Positions 37,988 through 51,176 are shown, counted from the first letter of the stretch. The stretch is DNA of 64,000 nt from Mobula hypostoma (GCF_963921235.1 NC_086108.1:40922001-40986000); one strand, 5' to 3'. The notes: a model not told the origin generated them from the letters alone. Numbers and translations are program-made.

Positions 37988-38078
37988 GTGTGGCACCTGG
38001 CCAAGTGGTTAGGGCATTGGGCTCACGATCTGAAGGTCGTGGGTTCGAGTCTCGGCCAAGGCAGTGTGTGTTGTGTCT
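37988..38078 (+). mobile_element. tRNA-derived SINE head
   Basis: A box TGGCCAAGTGG and B box GGTTCGAGTC; no acceptor stem; continues into a SINE-like tgtgttgtgtc. Confidence 0.75.
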
Positions 38079-38339
38079 TACTTTACCTTAATTCTATACT
38101 ATAGACCCTTCTGCAGCATTTCCCAAAAGAAAGGTTAATCTTCTTTCATCTTTGGAGGTTAAGATCCATCAAGCTGTACCTCTTAAGAAGCATGGAGGTG
38201 TAAATGGATTGATAGAAAGGTTCATTACTATTCTTTGCTGTTGCAATTGTATCAAATAGTTTTAGAACAATTGGCAGACCTCTCTAATATCACTGACGAT
38301 TGAATCATTGGCACATAATTTTAGCAAAATGAATCATCG

Positions 38340-39422
38340 ATACCATACAGCCCTCATTGCTGGGGGAGAAGCTCCGTTCAATGCTGATTGGCACCTCCAT
38401 TGTATCCTGGATAATGGACTATCTGACTGGGAGACCATGGTACGTACTGCACCAGAGCTGTGTGTCAAACATGGCTATAAATAGCACTGGGCCCCCACAG
38501 GGGACTTTATTGGCTCTCTTTCTGTTTATCCTATATACCTGGGACTTTAGATACAACAGTGAGTCATGTTGTCTGCAGAAATTCTCTGATAACTCAGCAA
38601 TAGTTGGGTGTATTAAAGAAGGACAAGAGGATGAATACAGGGCCCTGGTGGAGACTTTGTCAAATGCTGCAAGCTGAATCATCTGCAGCTCGACAGTAGT
38701 AAGACAAAGGAGATGGTGATGTGCTTTAGGAAGACCAAGCCTGCATTGCTCCCTGTTGCTATTGATGGTGAGGACATGGATGTGGTGAGGACCTACAAGT
38801 ACCTAGGGGTGCACCTGGATGACAGACTTGAGGGGAGCACCAGCTCAGAGGCTATGTGCAAGAAGGGCCAGAGTCACCTCTACTTCCTGAGGAGACTGAG
38901 GTCTTTTGGAGTATGCAGGCCTCTCCTTCACATGTTCTACAAGTCTGTTGTTGCCAATGCAATCTTCCGTGCAGTGGTGTGCTGGGGCAATGGCATCAAC
39001 ACAGGTGATGCCAACAGGCTCAATAAACAGATTAGAAAGGCTGGCTTTGTTACTGGAGTTAAACTGGACACATTGGAGGCTGTGGTAGAACAAAGGACCC
39101 TACGGAAAATCCTGGCAATTCTGGACAACGTTTCTCACCCTCTGCATGGCACCTTGGCTGAACAGAGGAGCACTTTTAGTAATAGACTAAGATGACTGCG
39201 CTGCTCCAAAGAGCGTTATATGAGGTCATTCTTACCCTCGGCCATTAGGCTCTATAATGAGCCAACTTATAGCTGGGGTAGTGATAAGCCCCTCCTGTTA
39301 GTCTGTTTGAGGTAACTTATTTTTTATTTTTTCTTACTTCTCTTCTAATATTTGTACATCTGTGCACCTGTAATGCTGCTGTAACACAGTAATTACTTTC
39401 GGATGAATAAAGTATCTACCTA
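38340..39422 (+). mobile_element. Rex1/Babar LINE 3' fragment, copy 2
   Basis: ORF 38357 has GPPQGTLLALFLF..QKFSDNSAIVG and ORF 38713 has YKYLGVHLDDRL; same tail as copy 1. Confidence 0.93.
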
Positions 39423-40039
39423 AGTGTCTTTTAGCATGACTTCTGAGACTAAATTTGGAGTTGAAATTTATTGGCCCACAGCAGTGTCTAATCAAACAGC
39501 ATAAAGTCATGCTCTATCTTAACACCTCCATTGATGGCACTGCTTGAAGATCCAAATCTTAAATTGACTCATCTTGGTGAAAGTTCACAGGCTCACCTCA
39601 TCATTCTGCGTAAGTAGAGTGCTCATGGCCCAAGGGTGGGGGCTTGGTAGATCTAAATAGAATGGATTCATTTCTGAACCCATCCCCAATTGGACAGGCA
39701 CCATTGCTATTTTTGGCCCCTCTGCATCGGCCAGCATTGGGATATGTCAAATTAACGGAAAAGAAGTGCATCACCACCCAGACATCTCCTGTCTGATCTG
39801 TGCATCATCTACAGGCTCCACACCAGTCATTTCAGACCCATGGAGTGGATGGCTACACATTCTTGATCCCAAGGGACAACCCAAAGATAAACTGCTTCTC
39901 TAGCAGCTTACTGTGAAGTAAGGAAGAAGACATAAATGTTTTGAATGCAATGTTGATTTTGCTGCTTCTGGATAAATTGGTATATGAAACATCAAAAGGA
40001 GACTCAAGTACTTGAGATTGTGAAAAGCACCATGAGTTC

Positions 40040-41370
40040 TGGTGGTTGATGCCCTTCCAACAGGGAAACCTCCTTTCTGTCTCTTCTCCTTCTTCAGCAT
40101 TCCCTTGTCATTGAAGTAGACTTGCTTATACGCTGAAGTGGATGGGAAAGCCAATATGGAGCAATGAGCTTGGCCGCATATGGAAAAGGATATTACCCAG
40201 GGCTGACTGTATTGTGGTGTGGTCCTTCTGTTTGGTCTCCACTTGTATCTGGAGTTAGTCAAAGTGCCTGGTGTCTTGTACATATGCTTGTCGTCAAGCC
40301 AGAGACACCTTACCTCAGAAATGTCCATGATTCAGTCCAAATGTTGCCTTCCAGTCAAGATGGTGCCTGCATACAATGCTCCCACGGTCGACATCTTCCG
40401 GATAAACCAAGGAACTATTTATTTTACTTCTTATATGTCTTTTACGTCTGTTTTTCATCTTGAATGTGTCTCTTGAACTGTTGGAGCCTGTGATTTGCAG
40501 TTTGGAGGTTGTTTGTGTGATTCAGTGCTTTGCTGGAGGCAGCGAGCGCAAGCCTCATGGTGAGAAGGCGGTGGGGTGGCGAGAGCCAAGGTTTGACTTC
40601 ACTTCATCGAGGAAAGCGATGAGGGAGATTGAAACATTGAGGTGAATGTGGAAGGTGAGTGCCCGATGCCTGCCTTTCGATTGCTGGTAGTATTGCTCTG
40701 TGGCTAGACAGGGGAGACTGTGGCTTGCTACTGTGCCCAGAGAATGTTATCAAGGTTTTTTTGCGTCTTGGATTTGCTTATGGATTTGGATTATGGACTA
40801 TGGACTTTTTAATCAGTCTTCTAGTTTTCTATATTCTGTATCTTTCACCCAATCTTTCCTGTTTTTATGTGTGGGGGAGGGTGATTTGGGAATCGAAGCT
40901 CCTGTTCCGTTGTTGTTTGTTTTTTTGTGTGGGGGAGGATGGATTTGGGGGTTGACAATTATGTTGTTATGCTTTTTTTCTCCTTTGTTTTGTGGCTATC
41001 TGGAGAAGAAGAAGTTCAGAGTTCTGAACTTTGATAATAAATGAACCACTGAATCCTTTGAAATTCGCTTTGCTCAAGGAGGATTTACAGGCCTCTTTGA
41101 AACCTTTCCCATATCCTTCTGCAATAATGGAGTTAAGTGCTTTTTTGGATGCAGATGATGTGGTTCATCCAACAAAATGAGCCCTACATGACTAGAGACC
41201 ATATGCTGAGGTAGATGAGTTGCCAAGGTAGCTTGGAGATGTACGCTGCAAGAGGCGTTGATGTTTGGCAGAGTTCTGAGTGATCATTTCAAAGCAGGCA
41301 GACTCCCAGTTTGCCAGATCCTGCCTAAGGTTTCTCTCTTGTCCACGTGAATTTTCAGTCTGCCAAAAGG
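40040..41370 (-). mobile_element. Old RTE-like remnant split by the 40349-41062 insertion
   Basis: 41060-41360 antisense resembles LKIHVDKRETL..W...L..DHSELCQT.., an RTE C-terminus; heavily decayed. Confidence 0.4.
40349..41062 (+). mobile_element. Non-autonomous Rex1/L2-type element (5' CAAGATGG head, LINE tail)
   Basis: Starts ttccagtcaagatggtgcc (YY1-like motif); ends tggctatctggagaaga..tttgataataaaatgaaccactgaatcctttgaa; no coding capacity. Confidence 0.6.
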
Positions 41371-42139
41371 GAGAAGTTTCAAAGCTAGAGGAACGTGTGG
41401 ACCATGGTGTGAAATGGTCTTATGTGACAAGCTGAGCAGCTACCAATATATTCAAAATTCATAAGAAAACATTCTAGTAAACAAAAGCTAACATTAATTT
41501 CAGAACTTATAACACTGAAAGCAAATTTCACAGTATATTTCAGTATATTTTATTAGAATAGCTAAGACACATCTAAGTCTTTCCTTGCATTGATCAGATA
41601 TGGACTTCCACATCATCATAATATTTCAGAATTCAAGGACTCAAAGAAGTTAAATGAAATTCCTGAAAAGAGGGATTTAAATTTGTCATTTCTTTGTGGC
41701 ATCTGATTCACTTTGTTGAAAGTTGTAATTTTGTCAAGTAATTGATGCTGTTATTATTGCTGGAAAACTTTGTATATTGATTAGCATATCAAAGCAGGGA
41801 GAAGAGGAAGAAGTATTTTACTTCATTCATGTAGTCATATTCAACTTTTTATAACAAGTGAAAGTTTTCATTGAATCTTAATTTAATTGCTCTTATTGCT
41901 ACCAAGTAGGCATGAAACAGCACCAGTCAAACTCCAACCTCACTGAGCTGATAATGGGAAAGGAGTAAGGTTGCATGTCATCACTACTTATTACTTCGTT
42001 ATCTTAAGGGATTGTTTCAAAACTAAACTTGGGCATGAATTTGGTACACTGTAATTTCTCAGAACATGAAATAAAACAAACTGGAGGGTGTGCAATAATG
42101 ATTATGAGGATGCTATAGTGGCTAGTTGGCTTGACTCCT

Positions 42140-42670
42140 ACCGCGATGAGGCCACGCTCAGGTTGGAGGAGTAATACCTTATATTCCGTCTAGGTTTCCA
42201 ACCTGACAGCATGAATATTGACTTCTCGAACTTCCAGTAATTGGCCACCCTTTTTCCTTCACTATTCCCCATTCCCATTTCTCTCTCTCACCTTATCTCC
42301 TTACCTGCTCATCACCTCCTTCCGATGCTTCCCCCCCACCCCCTTTTCTTCCATGGCCTTCTGTCCTCTCCTGTCAGATTCCCCCATCTCCAGTCCTTTA
42401 TCTCTTTCACCAGTCGACTTCATAGCTCTTTACTTCATCCCTCCCCCTCTCCTGGTTTCACCTATCACCCATTACCTTGTGTCTCTTCCTCTCCTCTCTC
42501 CATCTTCTTACATTGACTTCTAATCTATTTTTTCCAGTCCTGCTGAATGGTCTCGGCCCAAAACATTGACTATTACTCTTTTCCATCGATGCTGCCTGGC
42601 CTGCTGAGTCCCTCCAGCATTTTTGTGTGTATTACTTTGATTTCCAGCATCAGCAGATTAGCACTTGTTC
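42140..42670 (+). mobile_element. Penelope 3' fragment (GIY-YIG C-terminus plus pLTR)
   Basis: DEATLRLEE*YLIFRLG..QPDSMNIDFSNFQ*, matching the C-terminus at 55374-55480; decayed hammerhead at 42536-42572. Confidence 0.88.
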
Positions 42671-42689
42671 GTGATACAGGGCTTGACAT

Positions 42690-43112
42690 AAAGATAGTTT
42701 TGGTAGGATGAGACATTTTTTCCCCTGGAGGCTGAGGATTGATGTTATGGAGGTTTATAAGATCATGAGGGGTGTAGATTAGGTGAGTAGCCGTAGTCTT
42801 TTCCCCAGGGTGGGGATATTCAAAACTAGAAGACATAGGCCTAACATTAGAAGGGGAAAGATTTAAAAGGACTCAGAGTGATAACTATTTTCACACAGAG
42901 GGTACATTGAATGAGCTACCAGAGGGAGAGGCAGAGGTAAAATTAGGGCATTTAAAGACCATTTAGACAGTTACAAGGATAGAAAAGGTTTAGAGAGCCA
43001 TTGGTCCAATGCAGGCATGTGAGCCCAGCTCAGTTAGGCAACTTGATTAGCAAGGCCAAGTTGGGCTGATGGGCTTGATATCACGCTGCATGGCTCTATA
43101 ATTCTGTAACTC
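42690..43112 (+). mobile_element. CR1 3' fragment
   Basis: EVYKIMRGVD..FPRVGIFKTRRHR; CR1 tail. Confidence 0.8.
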
Positions 43113-43599
43113 TACATAGTTCTTGGAAGATAAAGCAATTCATTGCAGAGTACATGCTCTTTTGCAAAAGCTACAATAGCAGATGCTGGATAAACAGCGG
43201 AAGTGATGCACCTGAAGAACAGAGTTAGCAGTTTGAGTTGGCAGCTTTTCATTTTCAGACTTGTCGTCACAACGGGCAATAGCTGTATCTTACAGAGAAG
43301 CTGGACCGGAGAAAATGGGAAGATCTTTCAGGGGATAAATGACAGGAAAGAATAAATAATGCAATCAAGTAATATTTCAAAGTGAAAGGAGGTAGTAATA
43401 AAAAAAAAGATCAGTCTGAAGGGAGAACACATTGAGGAGATTTTTCTGAAATCTTGCCAGCAGTATGTGAAATGAATGGTAGAAATCTGACATAAACACA
43501 CCATGAGTGGTGGTGGATGTAGGAAAAACTGAAGCTTTCAAGGATGAATTGGATAAGTATTTGAAAAAGTGTGCAGACGTTCTGTTATTTGTGATACAG

Positions 43600-45260
43600 T
43601 ATATAATGCATATAAATGAATGAGTTTATTAGTAAGTTTGCAAACACTGCAAAATTAGTGGAGATGTGGATAGTGAAGAAGGTTGTTAAAGATCTGACAG
43701 GATCAGGCAGAATAGAGATCAGACAGAGATGTAAGTAGAAAATGGCAGGTGATTTAATCCAAGCAAGTGTGTGGTATTGCCTTTGGGAGGTGAAATGGAA
43801 AAGCAAAGTAGCAAAATAGCAGGACCTTTGAAGCAACAAGGGATCTTGGGGTGCAAATAAATTGTTCCCTGAAACTGGCAACACAAATAGATATTTTGGT
43901 ATACTTGCCTTCATCAGTTGGGGTGTTAAGTATAAAGGTCAGGAATTCATATTGCAGCTGTACAAAAACTTGGTCTGGCCACATTTGAAGTATTGTGTGC
44001 ATTTCTGGCCATTGTGTTACAGGAAGGAGTTTTGGGAGAGGGTGCAGAATAGGTTCACCACAATACAGGGTGGATGTGGAGAGAATGATTCCCATGGTGG
44101 GGGTATCCAGAACTAGAGGGCACAGCCTCAGAATTGAGGGGAGAACTTTTAGAACAGAGGTAAGGAGGATTTTTTTTTAGCCAGAGGGTAGTGAATCTGT
44201 GGAATGCTCTGCCACAGACTGCGGTGGAGCCCAGAGTCCGTGGGTATATATAAGGTGGAAGTTGATCGTTTTCTGATCGGTCAGGGCATCAAAGGATATG
44301 GTGAAAGACAGGTGTATGGGGTTGAGGGGGATCCGGGATCAGCCGTGATGATATGGTGGAGTGGGATGGGATGAATGGTCGAATTCTACTCCTATGTCTT
44401 ATGGTCTTAATATCACCTGGAGTTTGGAGAATTAACTCTAAGGAAAGGATGGACAAACTTGGATTGTTTTCTCTTTGAAGCGGCAGAGGTTGAGGGGAGA
44501 TGTGACAGAAGTTTATAAAATAATGACAGGTGTAGATAGTCAAAGGTTTTATTTTCCAAGTGACAAATACTGAAGGGAATATTTTTACATTGAGAGGTGA
44601 AAAGTTTAAAGATGTATGATAGAAGCCCTACATGAAGGGTGGTAGGTGCCTGGAAAGTACTGCTGTGGTAGTGGAAGAGATATAAAAGTGGTGTTCAGGA
44701 GGCTTTTTGATAGGCACAAGAACAGAGGGGATTTGAATCATATGCAAACAGATGGAATTAGCTTAACCCAGGCAACCTGTTCATGTTCTATACCTTCACA
44801 GTACGGTCCAGGTCAATTTTGACCCGGCCCAAGAAACCCCTCATAACAAGTGTCTATACCAAATTTTGAACCACAGATCTACTTAGAATGTATAAGTAGT
44901 CTATCTGACATTAATAAATGGGTGATTAACCCTTAATTGATGTTTCAGAGATCTAAAATCCGCTTCAATAGATACAGGTCAAATTTGACCCGGAACATCC
45001 TCAATGTACAAAAATTTGTAGCACCTGTACAAAAGTATAAAATTTTTAAATATTTTCATTTTTGTGCATTTTGGGTCACTTTAGGAAAAGTTATCAAATT
45101 ATGGCTTTAAAAAAATGGCATTTAGGATGTTTTTACTGCTGTCAAAAGTCAAAACAGGTCAAATTTGACCCGAACAGTATGTAAGGGTTAATTTAGCATC
45201 CTGATCAGTACAGCCGTTGTGACTGAAGGGCTTGTTCCCCTGCTCTGCTGTTCTGTGTTC
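43600..45260 (+). mobile_element. CR1 3' fragment hosting a younger CR1 3' piece (about 44066-44408) and a piggyBac-type MITE
   Basis: ORF 43862 has GILAFISWGVKYK..LYKNLVWPHLKYCVHFW; the nested piece ends cctatgtcttatggtctt; the host tail resumes after 45191. Confidence 0.85.
44767..45187. mobile_element. piggyBac-type non-autonomous DNA transposon (MITE), 421 bp
   Basis: TTAA at 44763-44766 and 45188-45191; CCC...GGG termini; three GGTCAA(A/T)TTTGACC palindromes; interrupts a CR1 tail exactly at TTAA. Confidence 0.85.
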
Positions 45261-46974
45261 CGAGCTACGGAGAACAAGGAGAAAATGGGACAAGCAAGAT
45301 TGCTCCAGAAAGAGCTAGCACTTATTTGATGGGCTGAATGCCCCTCCTGTATAATTACTAGTCTGTCATGACGTGTCAGCCGCACCAATCCGAAAACAAA
45401 AATACTCTTCATTCCCGGGGAGGCTCTTGCTTGCCTGTCAAACAGATTCTCTGCCCTCAAGCAGTAATGCCTTTATCACTGATCAACAAAAAAATGTTCA
45501 AAGAAAATAACAATAAACAGGAATGTTTTAATGATCATACGATTTGTCTGTGGGGATTGCTTACAGTAGTTCCTGGAAATTAAGCTTCAATTCCCAGATA
45601 TTCTCTGACTAATTATATGGGTTGGCAAGATCGCACCATGCAGTTCCATCCTTGAACGTCACAGCAAATCACTTCTAAAATTTGAACTGTAAAAGAGATT
45701 TGTTAAACAAATAATAGACTAGTGAGCACTGATAAAATACAGATATATTTTTACAGCATAACTATTTATATCTGGCTTCTAAGTAAATAAAATAAAAGGT
45801 AGTGATTCTATAATCTGAAGCAAATTTTTAAAGATAGATTAAAGTACAGACGGTATTTTTGAGATATTACACTCATTAAAGTGAAGGTTGCCTGCTTGCC
45901 AAAACAGAGGCAGAAAACTCAAGCCAAATTGTCAGCTTGTCTCTGCTGTAATTGCCAGACAGTTGCCTTCACTGACAGGATTTGATTTTCTTTTTTCTCT
46001 CATGAGATATTATAAGTGCTTATTCACCATAGAGTTTTTTTTTTGCAAATCTAACCTTTCAAATTGAAAAGGGATCAAGAATCTGCATTTTTGACCAATT
46101 TATTTCAGCAAGGAGGCAATAATTACAAACCTTGCCAACCTTGTGGAAGTATTTTGCTGGCTCTTAAACTCCCTGTCCCCTAACTTAGTTTCAGAGAGAC
46201 AGTGACAAAATCAACACTGATAAAATAGGGAAAACAGTTGACATATTCTAGACATATCCTTGGTTTTGTCTCTCTTACTACAGTAGGTTTCCAATCATTA
46301 ACTTATAGAACTTAGCATGAGTCTGGGTTTTATCCACCCTTGCTCAAAAAAGAAATCAGTCACTTTTATCTTCAAGAATCTGGTTTATAAATTTTTAAAC
46401 AATGCTTAATGTAAACCAGATATCTTTAAATAAGTTTATGCTTCTATTTACAATGCTAAGAGGATATGAAAGAAATAAATATCACTGAAGTTCAAAGCTG
46501 CTGTAAAAACTGATGTCTAATGAAGAGTAAAGGAAGAGCTTTAAATGACCTTTATAAACAAGCAAGGGAATAAACTTGTCATATTGCAGTAACCTGGGTA
46601 TTTTTGATGACTGTGAGGCATCAGAAGGCTCCTTTCAATTTATTATTGTTGAAATATTGCACAAACTGAGCTCTTGCCTCAAACAGGAACATTACTCACA
46701 ATATAATCTTAAAACTCCCTCACCCCAGCCTTCACATTTTGCAGTCCAAGAAAATGCTTTGTGAATTGCTTAAGGCAAGCACTGTAACCAACCGACCTCA
46801 AATTTTCTTCATTGCATAAAGGAAGCTATCAGTGAACTAGAGCAGGAAAATCACTGACAAAGAATTCAGGTTGAGAAATTTGGACACATGAGCTTGTTTG
46901 CCACAGTACTATAAGGTTAAAAATTATTTTTGTTTTCCTTAGTTATTGCCAACAACTTGGAAGATCGACTGCAG

Positions 46975-48745
46975 AATCGAAGATTGACGCTGGAGATACT
47001 GTAATGAGAGACGCAGAGATGGTAGAGGAACTCAATTCATATTTTGCATCAGTCTTCACAGTGGAAGACATCTGCAGTATATTGGACATTCAAGAGTATC
47101 AGGGAAGTGAAGAAGGTGCAGTGAAAATTATGACTGAGGAGGTGCTCAGGAAGCTTAATGGTCTGAGGGTGTATAAATCTCCTGGACCTGATGGAATGCA
47201 CACTCAGGTTCTGAAGGAAGTAGGTAGAGAGATTGTGGGTGCATTAACAATGATCTTTCAAGAATCGATAGATCCTGGCATTGTACCGGACTGGAAAATT
47301 GCAAATGTTACTCCGCTATTTCAGAAGGGTGGGAGGCAGCAGAAAGGAAACTATAGACCTGTTAGCATCAGTGGTTTGGAAGTTGTTGGAATTGATTGTT
47401 AGGGATGAGATTACGGAATACATGGAGGCACATGACAAGATAGGCCAAAGCCAACATGGTTTTCTGAAAGAAAAATCCTGCCTGACAAAGCTACCGCAAT
47501 TCCTTGAGGAAATTACAAGCAGGGTAGACAAAGGAGATGCAGTAGATGTGGTGTACTTGGATTTTCGGAAGGCTTTTGACAAGGTGCCGCACATGAGGCT
47601 ACTTAGCAAGGTAAGGGCCCATGGAATTACAGGGACGTTACTAGCATGGGCGGTGCATTGGCTGATTGGCAGAAAACAAGAGAGTGGAAATAAAGAGATC
47701 CTGTTCTGGCTGGCTGCCGGTTACCAGTGGAGTTCCGCAGGGGTCGGTGTTGGGACTGTCGCTTTTTATGATGTATGTCAATGATTTGGACTATGGGATT
47801 AATGAATTTGTGGCTAAATTTGCCAATGATACAAAGGAGGAGGAGTGGGTAGTGTTGAGGAAACAGAGAGCCTGCAGAGAGACTTAGATAGTTTAGGGGA
47901 ATAGGCAAAGAAGTGGTAAATGAAATACTATGTTGTAATGTGTATGATCATGCACTTTGGTGGAAGAAATAAACGGGCAGACTATTACTTAGATGGGGAG
48001 CAAATTCAAAATGCAGAGATGCAAGGGGACTTGGGAGTCCTTGTGCAGGATACCCTAAAGGTTAACCTCCAGATTGAGTTGGTGGTGAAGAAGGCAATTG
48101 CAATGTTGGCATTCATTTCTAGAGGTATAGAATATAAGAGCAGGGATGTGTTGTTGAGGCTCTGTAAGGCACTCGTGAGACCACAGTTGGAGTATTGTGT
48201 GCAGCTTTGGGCTCTTAATTATAGAAAGGATACACTGACATTGGAGAAGGTTCAGAGAAGATTCACGAGAATGATTCCAGGAATGAGAGGGTTACCATAT
48301 GAGGAACATCTGGCAGCTCTTGGGCTGTATTCCCTGGAGAATGAGGGGGGAATCTCTTAGAAGCATTCCAAATGTTAAAAGACCGGAACAGATTAGACAT
48401 GGCGATGTTATTTCCCATGGTAGGAGAGTCTAGGACAAGAGGGCACGATTTCAGGTTGGAACGACGTACATTTAGAACAGAGATGCAGAGAAATTACTTT
48501 AGTCAGAGGGTGGTAAATCTGTGGAATTTGTTGCCATGAGCAGCTGTGGAGGCCAAGTCATTGGGTGTATTTAAGGCAGAGATAGATAGGTTCTTCACTA
48601 GCCAGGGTATCAGAGGGAATAGGGAGAAGGCAGGTGGGTGGGGCTGACTGGAAGAATTGGATCAGCCCATGATTGAATGGCAGAGCAGACTCGATGGCCC
48701 GAATGGCCTACTTCTGCTCCTATATCTTATGGTCTTATGGCTTTA
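46975..48745 (+). mobile_element. CR1 LINE, 5'-truncated (RT plus 3' tail)
   Basis: [63 protein letters not shown]; tail cctatatcttatggtcttatgg. Confidence 0.96.
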
Positions 48746-49424
48746 TGGAGTTCTGGATTTCACTTGAGCATTGGATGTGAGTTTTGGGCCAGACCTACTT
48801 CAAAAGCATTTTTTTCCACAAACAGTGCTCCTTTTGGAATGTTATCAAGATAACTAATACTTTGTTGTGAGGACTAACAGTCATTGATCTGTCTCAGAAC
48901 AACTAGGTTGCAATAACATTAGACCTGGGCCCTAAGTGGACAGCTATCTCCTCTCCTTTAGCAACTCCCCACGTCAACTAATAGCATCATCCTGTCCCTA
49001 CCCAACCTTAAGGATCTCTCCACTTGCTTTGCAACATGCTAAAAAGCGTATGAAAACCCCTCAAGGCACATAACTTTCAGCAGCAGAGACAAACAGTTGA
49101 CTCCTCCTTCATTCCCATTTGTCCATCCTTTGTGAAGCCTTGTTTCACTTGAGCATGCAGGTAGCATAAGCTCACCAGTTTTTCTTACGTGTTGCAGAAG
49201 GTTGAACAGATGCAAATAATGAAACAAGAGGAATAAGATGTGAGATTGGGAGTTTTGATCACTTGTAGTAGAATGCATTTTGCTTCTGCAGTGAAGTATA
49301 GTATATAGACAGCGGGTGAGGAGAGGACCAGGGATGCTTTGCTGGAAGCAGCCACCATCGACACTGTAATAATAATTGTTTTCTGAACTCAAAAGTTCAG
49401 GTCAGCCAGAGGGAAGATATACAT

Positions 49425-49630
49425 TGTAGCGATGTGCTACATGCAGAGCTAGAAATAACGACACGCAGTCTGTAAGTCGCGCTAGAGACTGGTTTATTCA
49501 AACTTCGTGGCTCGGGCTTTTAAGCAGTTCTCCGGGCAGAAATGACGTCAGAGGTGCATTACAAAAGTCTCTCCCCACCCGTGGGCTATTTTGTGAGCAG
49601 GTTCGCGTGTGTAGAAAGTAGGTCGCCACA
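49425..49630 (-). mobile_element. Short solo LTR (Gypsy-like), 206 bp, 4-bp TSD
   Basis: Termini TGTAGCGA...TCGCCACA; ACAT at 49421-49424 and 49631-49634; minus-strand AATAAA (about 49493-49498) and TTAAAA (about 49518-49523); CpG-rich relative to the flanks. Confidence 0.85.
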
Positions 49631-49849
49631 ACATCTTGAAATTGATCTGCACCCTAGTGTGGTCCTGAAGGGTTGTTGCATTGTGCACTAGTGGATGTCT
49701 CAGTCATCAGCCACCACCGCAAACACGAATTGCTTTCAATGTACAAGCCTCACAAAACTCAACCATCCCTTTGAGTTATGGGGTGTGTAAGAGAAGAGAT
49801 AGCCCCTCGGACTTCATCACCACACTGCTGACTTCCTCGCCTTCAATCA

Positions 49850-50055
49850 TCCACATCCTAAACTATGGAGTTCCTTTCCAAAACCTCCCTGTCTTCCTTA
49901 AAAGCAATTTAAAACCTGTCCCCTTTTCTTAAGCTTTTCGTGAGTTGACTTTCTCTTGATATTGTTCAATGCCATATTTTGTTTGATAGTGTTTCAGTGA
50001 ATTTCCTTGGGATTCTCCATTATATTAAGGGAGCCATATAAGTGCAAACTGCTCA
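49850..50055 (+). mobile_element. Old L2-type 3' tail
   Basis: ttaaaacctgtcccctttt...cagtgaatttccttgggatt...tatattaagggagccatataagtgcaa end. Confidence 0.5.
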
Positions 50056-50834
50056 GAATATCAGATCTATAAAATTGAAAGAATGAAGGTCTATTCATGT
50101 GCTCAGTAATTTCTGGATGGAGCTGGAAAATTTCCAAAGCGTCACTTTCTACTAACTCAACTCATCAAAGGCATCTGAACATTGATCAATCCCAGCTTTG
50201 CTTCCTGACAATAGAATTTGTGGACGATGAAACGAGAATTGCCTTAGCATGATGAAAAGGTAGAAGACACAAATTACAGTACTGTAAGCAATTTCATGGT
50301 AAATCTGGTCTTTATAAAATGATGGGCACATGTCTGCCATTAATGTCTTTGTTTAGGCAATGTGTTTTTGCCCCAGAATCTATGTCTGCATTCATTGACT
50401 TCATAATAATTGTACTAACATAAAGACATTTCAAATACAGAGCTCTGCTCCTTTGTACAGCTGTTTACAATAAGCTGCTGACACTTTGCCTTCATGATCT
50501 ACAGATTACAAAGCAGAATTTAGTTCAAATGCTTTCTCATATCTTTTTATCCATTAAGAAATGAGCAGTCATTCTATTTTGTCCATGATAACTATTTAGG
50601 TACCATTCAGGTGAACTGAATCCCTACAGCAAGCTATCAACCTGAGGTGAATAACCCATCCCTTTACTTATTTTTAAAAAATATAATATTACATTGGTGC
50701 ATAAGGCCAGGAGTTTCCTTAGATCTGCACTTGGCACAAATCCCATTGCAATGGAAGCAGCTCCCGCTGTAGTGTAGGTTCCTTCATCTTCACATCCCAA
50801 ACACCACCAAATGCACTCTCATCTTCTGGTGAAT

Positions 50835-51165
50835 GATGGCACCGTAGCACAGCTACCAGAGTGCTGCCTTATGGTTAACGAAACACAAGTACACTCCAGA
50901 CCGCGGGTGCTGTTTGGGTGGAGTTTGCACAATGTCCCTTTGACCACATGGATTCCCTTCAGCTGCTCTGGCTACCCTCGCATTCCACCCCTCCCATCCC
51001 AAAGATGGTACGTTAATTGACCATTGTATACTGCCCCTCAATAGGCAAGTTGTCAAGGCTGGAGGAAGCTGTGGGAAAATAAAATCAGATTTCTTCAGGA
51101 TTAGTGTAAAGTAAGTATTTTGTGGTTGGTGGGCCAAAATTCATATCTCTATGCTGTATGTTACT
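50835..51165 (+). mobile_element. V-SINE, decayed
   Basis: tRNA-like head, V-domain gggtgctgtttgggtggagtttgcac...catcccaaaga..ttaattgaccattgta, and CR1-like tail. Confidence 0.75.
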
Positions 51166-51176
51166 TAAGGTGCTTT

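Noticed and set aside
37988..38065. Functional tRNA gene (apparent CAC anticodon)
   Set aside because: A and B boxes are present, but there is no acceptor stem or terminator and it runs into SINE-like sequence; treated as a SINE head.
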